In this document: piece by piece, positions 62,467 to 64,000 of the stretch
Layout: each line of letters opens with the position of its first letter
Numbering within the stretch: position 1 is the stretch's first letter
Source: Octopus sinensis
Lineage: Eukaryota
Length of the DNA: 64,000 nt
NCBI RefSeq assembly: GCF_006345805.1
Contig: NC_042997.1
Span: forward strand, 111,786,001-111,850,000
Direction of reading: 5' to 3'
The notes under the pieces: generated by a model
Told to the model about the DNA's origin: nothing
The model's database searches: none
The model's input: the letters and a program-made list of their open reading frames with translations, nothing else
Program-made: the position numbers and the translations under genes

Positions 62467-64000
62467 TACCTCCAATGCCTAGATTGGTCATCACTCGGGA
62501 CGAAGTCGAACGCGTTATTTAAGGCCTCGATGTCAACAAGGGTCACGGCCCTGGCGGCATACACACACAGGTTATCAAAGCGTTGGCTCCGGTCATCTGC
62601 GAACCTTTAACACTTCTATTCAATATGTCATTGGCGACGGGTGTTATACCTGCGGACTGGAGAACAGCGATAATCTGCCCGATTTTCAAGAAAGGGAGCC
62701 GCGAAGACCCGCTTAACTACCGGCCGGTTTCCCTTACTTCAATAATCAGCAAGATGTTCGAAACCATCCTTAAGAAAAGTATGATGCTCCACCTCCAAAA
62801 CACAGCCTCTATCTCTGATTCCCAACACGGCTTCGTGCCGAAGAGATCATGCTTGACCAACTTACTGGTAATGGAAGAATTGGTGACGCGTATCCTGGAT
62901 GATGGTGATGCTGTTGACATCGTTTTATTGGACTTTGCCAAAGCTTTTGACTCGGTTAACCACCGCCTAATACTTGTCAAGCTTCAAGCATATAGTTTCC
63001 ATCCGGATATTGTACGATGGGTTGGTGCCTTCCTCTCAGATCGCTCCTTCCAAGTCCAAGTTAATGGTTCGCTGTCCGACGTCTCCAGTGCGAGCAGTGG
63101 CGTGCCTCAAGGTTCAGTGCTTGGGTCCTGATTGTTTTTAGTCTTCATAAATGACTTTCCGTTTTTGGTTTGTCCATTTTTAAGTTTGTTTTTTGCTTTA
63201 TTTTTGTGGATATTATATAATGGTTATTTTTTTGTAGGGATGGGTGGGATAAGAATGATGATGTTTTTGTGTATTTCTAGAATTCACGCTACACACCCTT
63301 CTATTTGCCGATGATGTCAAACTGGTCGCTCCCCGCGGTGATATAGATGATCTTCGTCGATGCCTCCACCAAGTTTGGAGATGGTCTAACGAATGGGACC
63401 TGTGTCTGAACGTGTCAAAGTGCTGTCATCTGCCTGTTGGCTCCTCTCCTGCAACTCAACTTGATTTCGAGCCGGGTCGTCTGCTGCTGGAGAGGACCGA
63501 CCAGGTAAAGGACTTGGGTATCTTGGTGGATTCTTTCTTTTTGCCTTCGGCCCAGTGCGTCCATGCTGCCAACAAAGCACGCGGAGTTCTGCTTTTGATT
63601 CGACGGTCATTCGGAATGCTCACAGCAGCCATATTCTTACCGCTCTATGTCACGCTGGTGAGACCCATATTGGAGTACGGGATTCAAGCCTCTTCTCCTT
63701 ATCTCCTCAAAGACATACATCATCTCGAAAGAGTCCAGAAGCTGGCTACCCGCATGGTTCTTGGCCTCAAGCATTTGTCTTATGAAGAAAGGCTGAAGAC
63801 ACTCGACCGTTATTCTCTAGAAAAACGACGACGCCGTGGTGATCTCATTCTCGCTCACAACATCATAAGCGGAAAGTGCAACCTCTCGAAAGAGCTGTTC
63901 TTCACTCCTGCTCCAGAGCGTGGGCTGCGGGGTCACTCCGAAAAGCTGTATATGCGACGATTTCATCTCAATCGAAGGAGAGGAGCTTTCTCCGTCCGGG
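62467..64000 (+). mobile_element. CR1/L2-group LINE, reverse-transcriptase region, 5'-truncated and running off the window
   Basis: WRTAIICPIFKKG..NYRPVSLTS, QHGF, DFAKAFDSV, GVPQGSVLG, LLFADDVKL. Few lesions; ~118-bp AT-rich insertion at 63161-63278. Confidence 0.95.

Noticed and set aside
63161-63280. GT...AG-bounded 120-bp segment inside the LINE RT, suggesting an intron
   Set aside because: Removing GT-AG does not restore the LLFADD frame, whereas removing ~118 bp does. It looks like an A-rich minus-strand insertion with a short TTTC duplication.

Overview
AT-rich, microsatellite-dense eukaryotic genomic DNA. The SINE and Penelope-type repeats resemble those of octopus (coleoid cephalopod); that assignment is inference from repeat recognition. 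Only one host protein-coding segment is well supported: a minus-strand exon with an uninterrupted ORF of about 854 codons (2564 to <1). It encodes a C2H2 zinc-finger protein of the MEP-1 family. The ORF track missed it because it runs off the window. A probable promoter and non-coding first exon lie near 12.45-12.86 kb. The remaining ~50 kb is a mosaic of mobile elements. DNA transposons: an IR/DR Tc1 with three nested insertions, hAT MITEs with intact 8-bp TSDs, a Chapaev3-like remnant and three non-autonomous Helitrons (two head-to-tail, carrying a piggyBac-like end). Retroelements: CR1/RTE/REL-endonuclease LINE fragments and many tRNA-derived SINEs. RNA-gene copies: a U6 retrocopy and a degenerate tRNA-Pro. 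Three things stand out. (i) A TSD-bounded 2.0-kb retroelement encodes only a gag-like ORF1 (half-LINE/HAL1-like). (ii) Several minimal type-I hammerhead-ribozyme folds sit in different Penelope-type repeat families. (iii) Spacer-less or near-spacer-less fold-back palindromes recur, up to 417 bp. Coordinates were counted by hand and may be off by a few bases, and no database searches were run.
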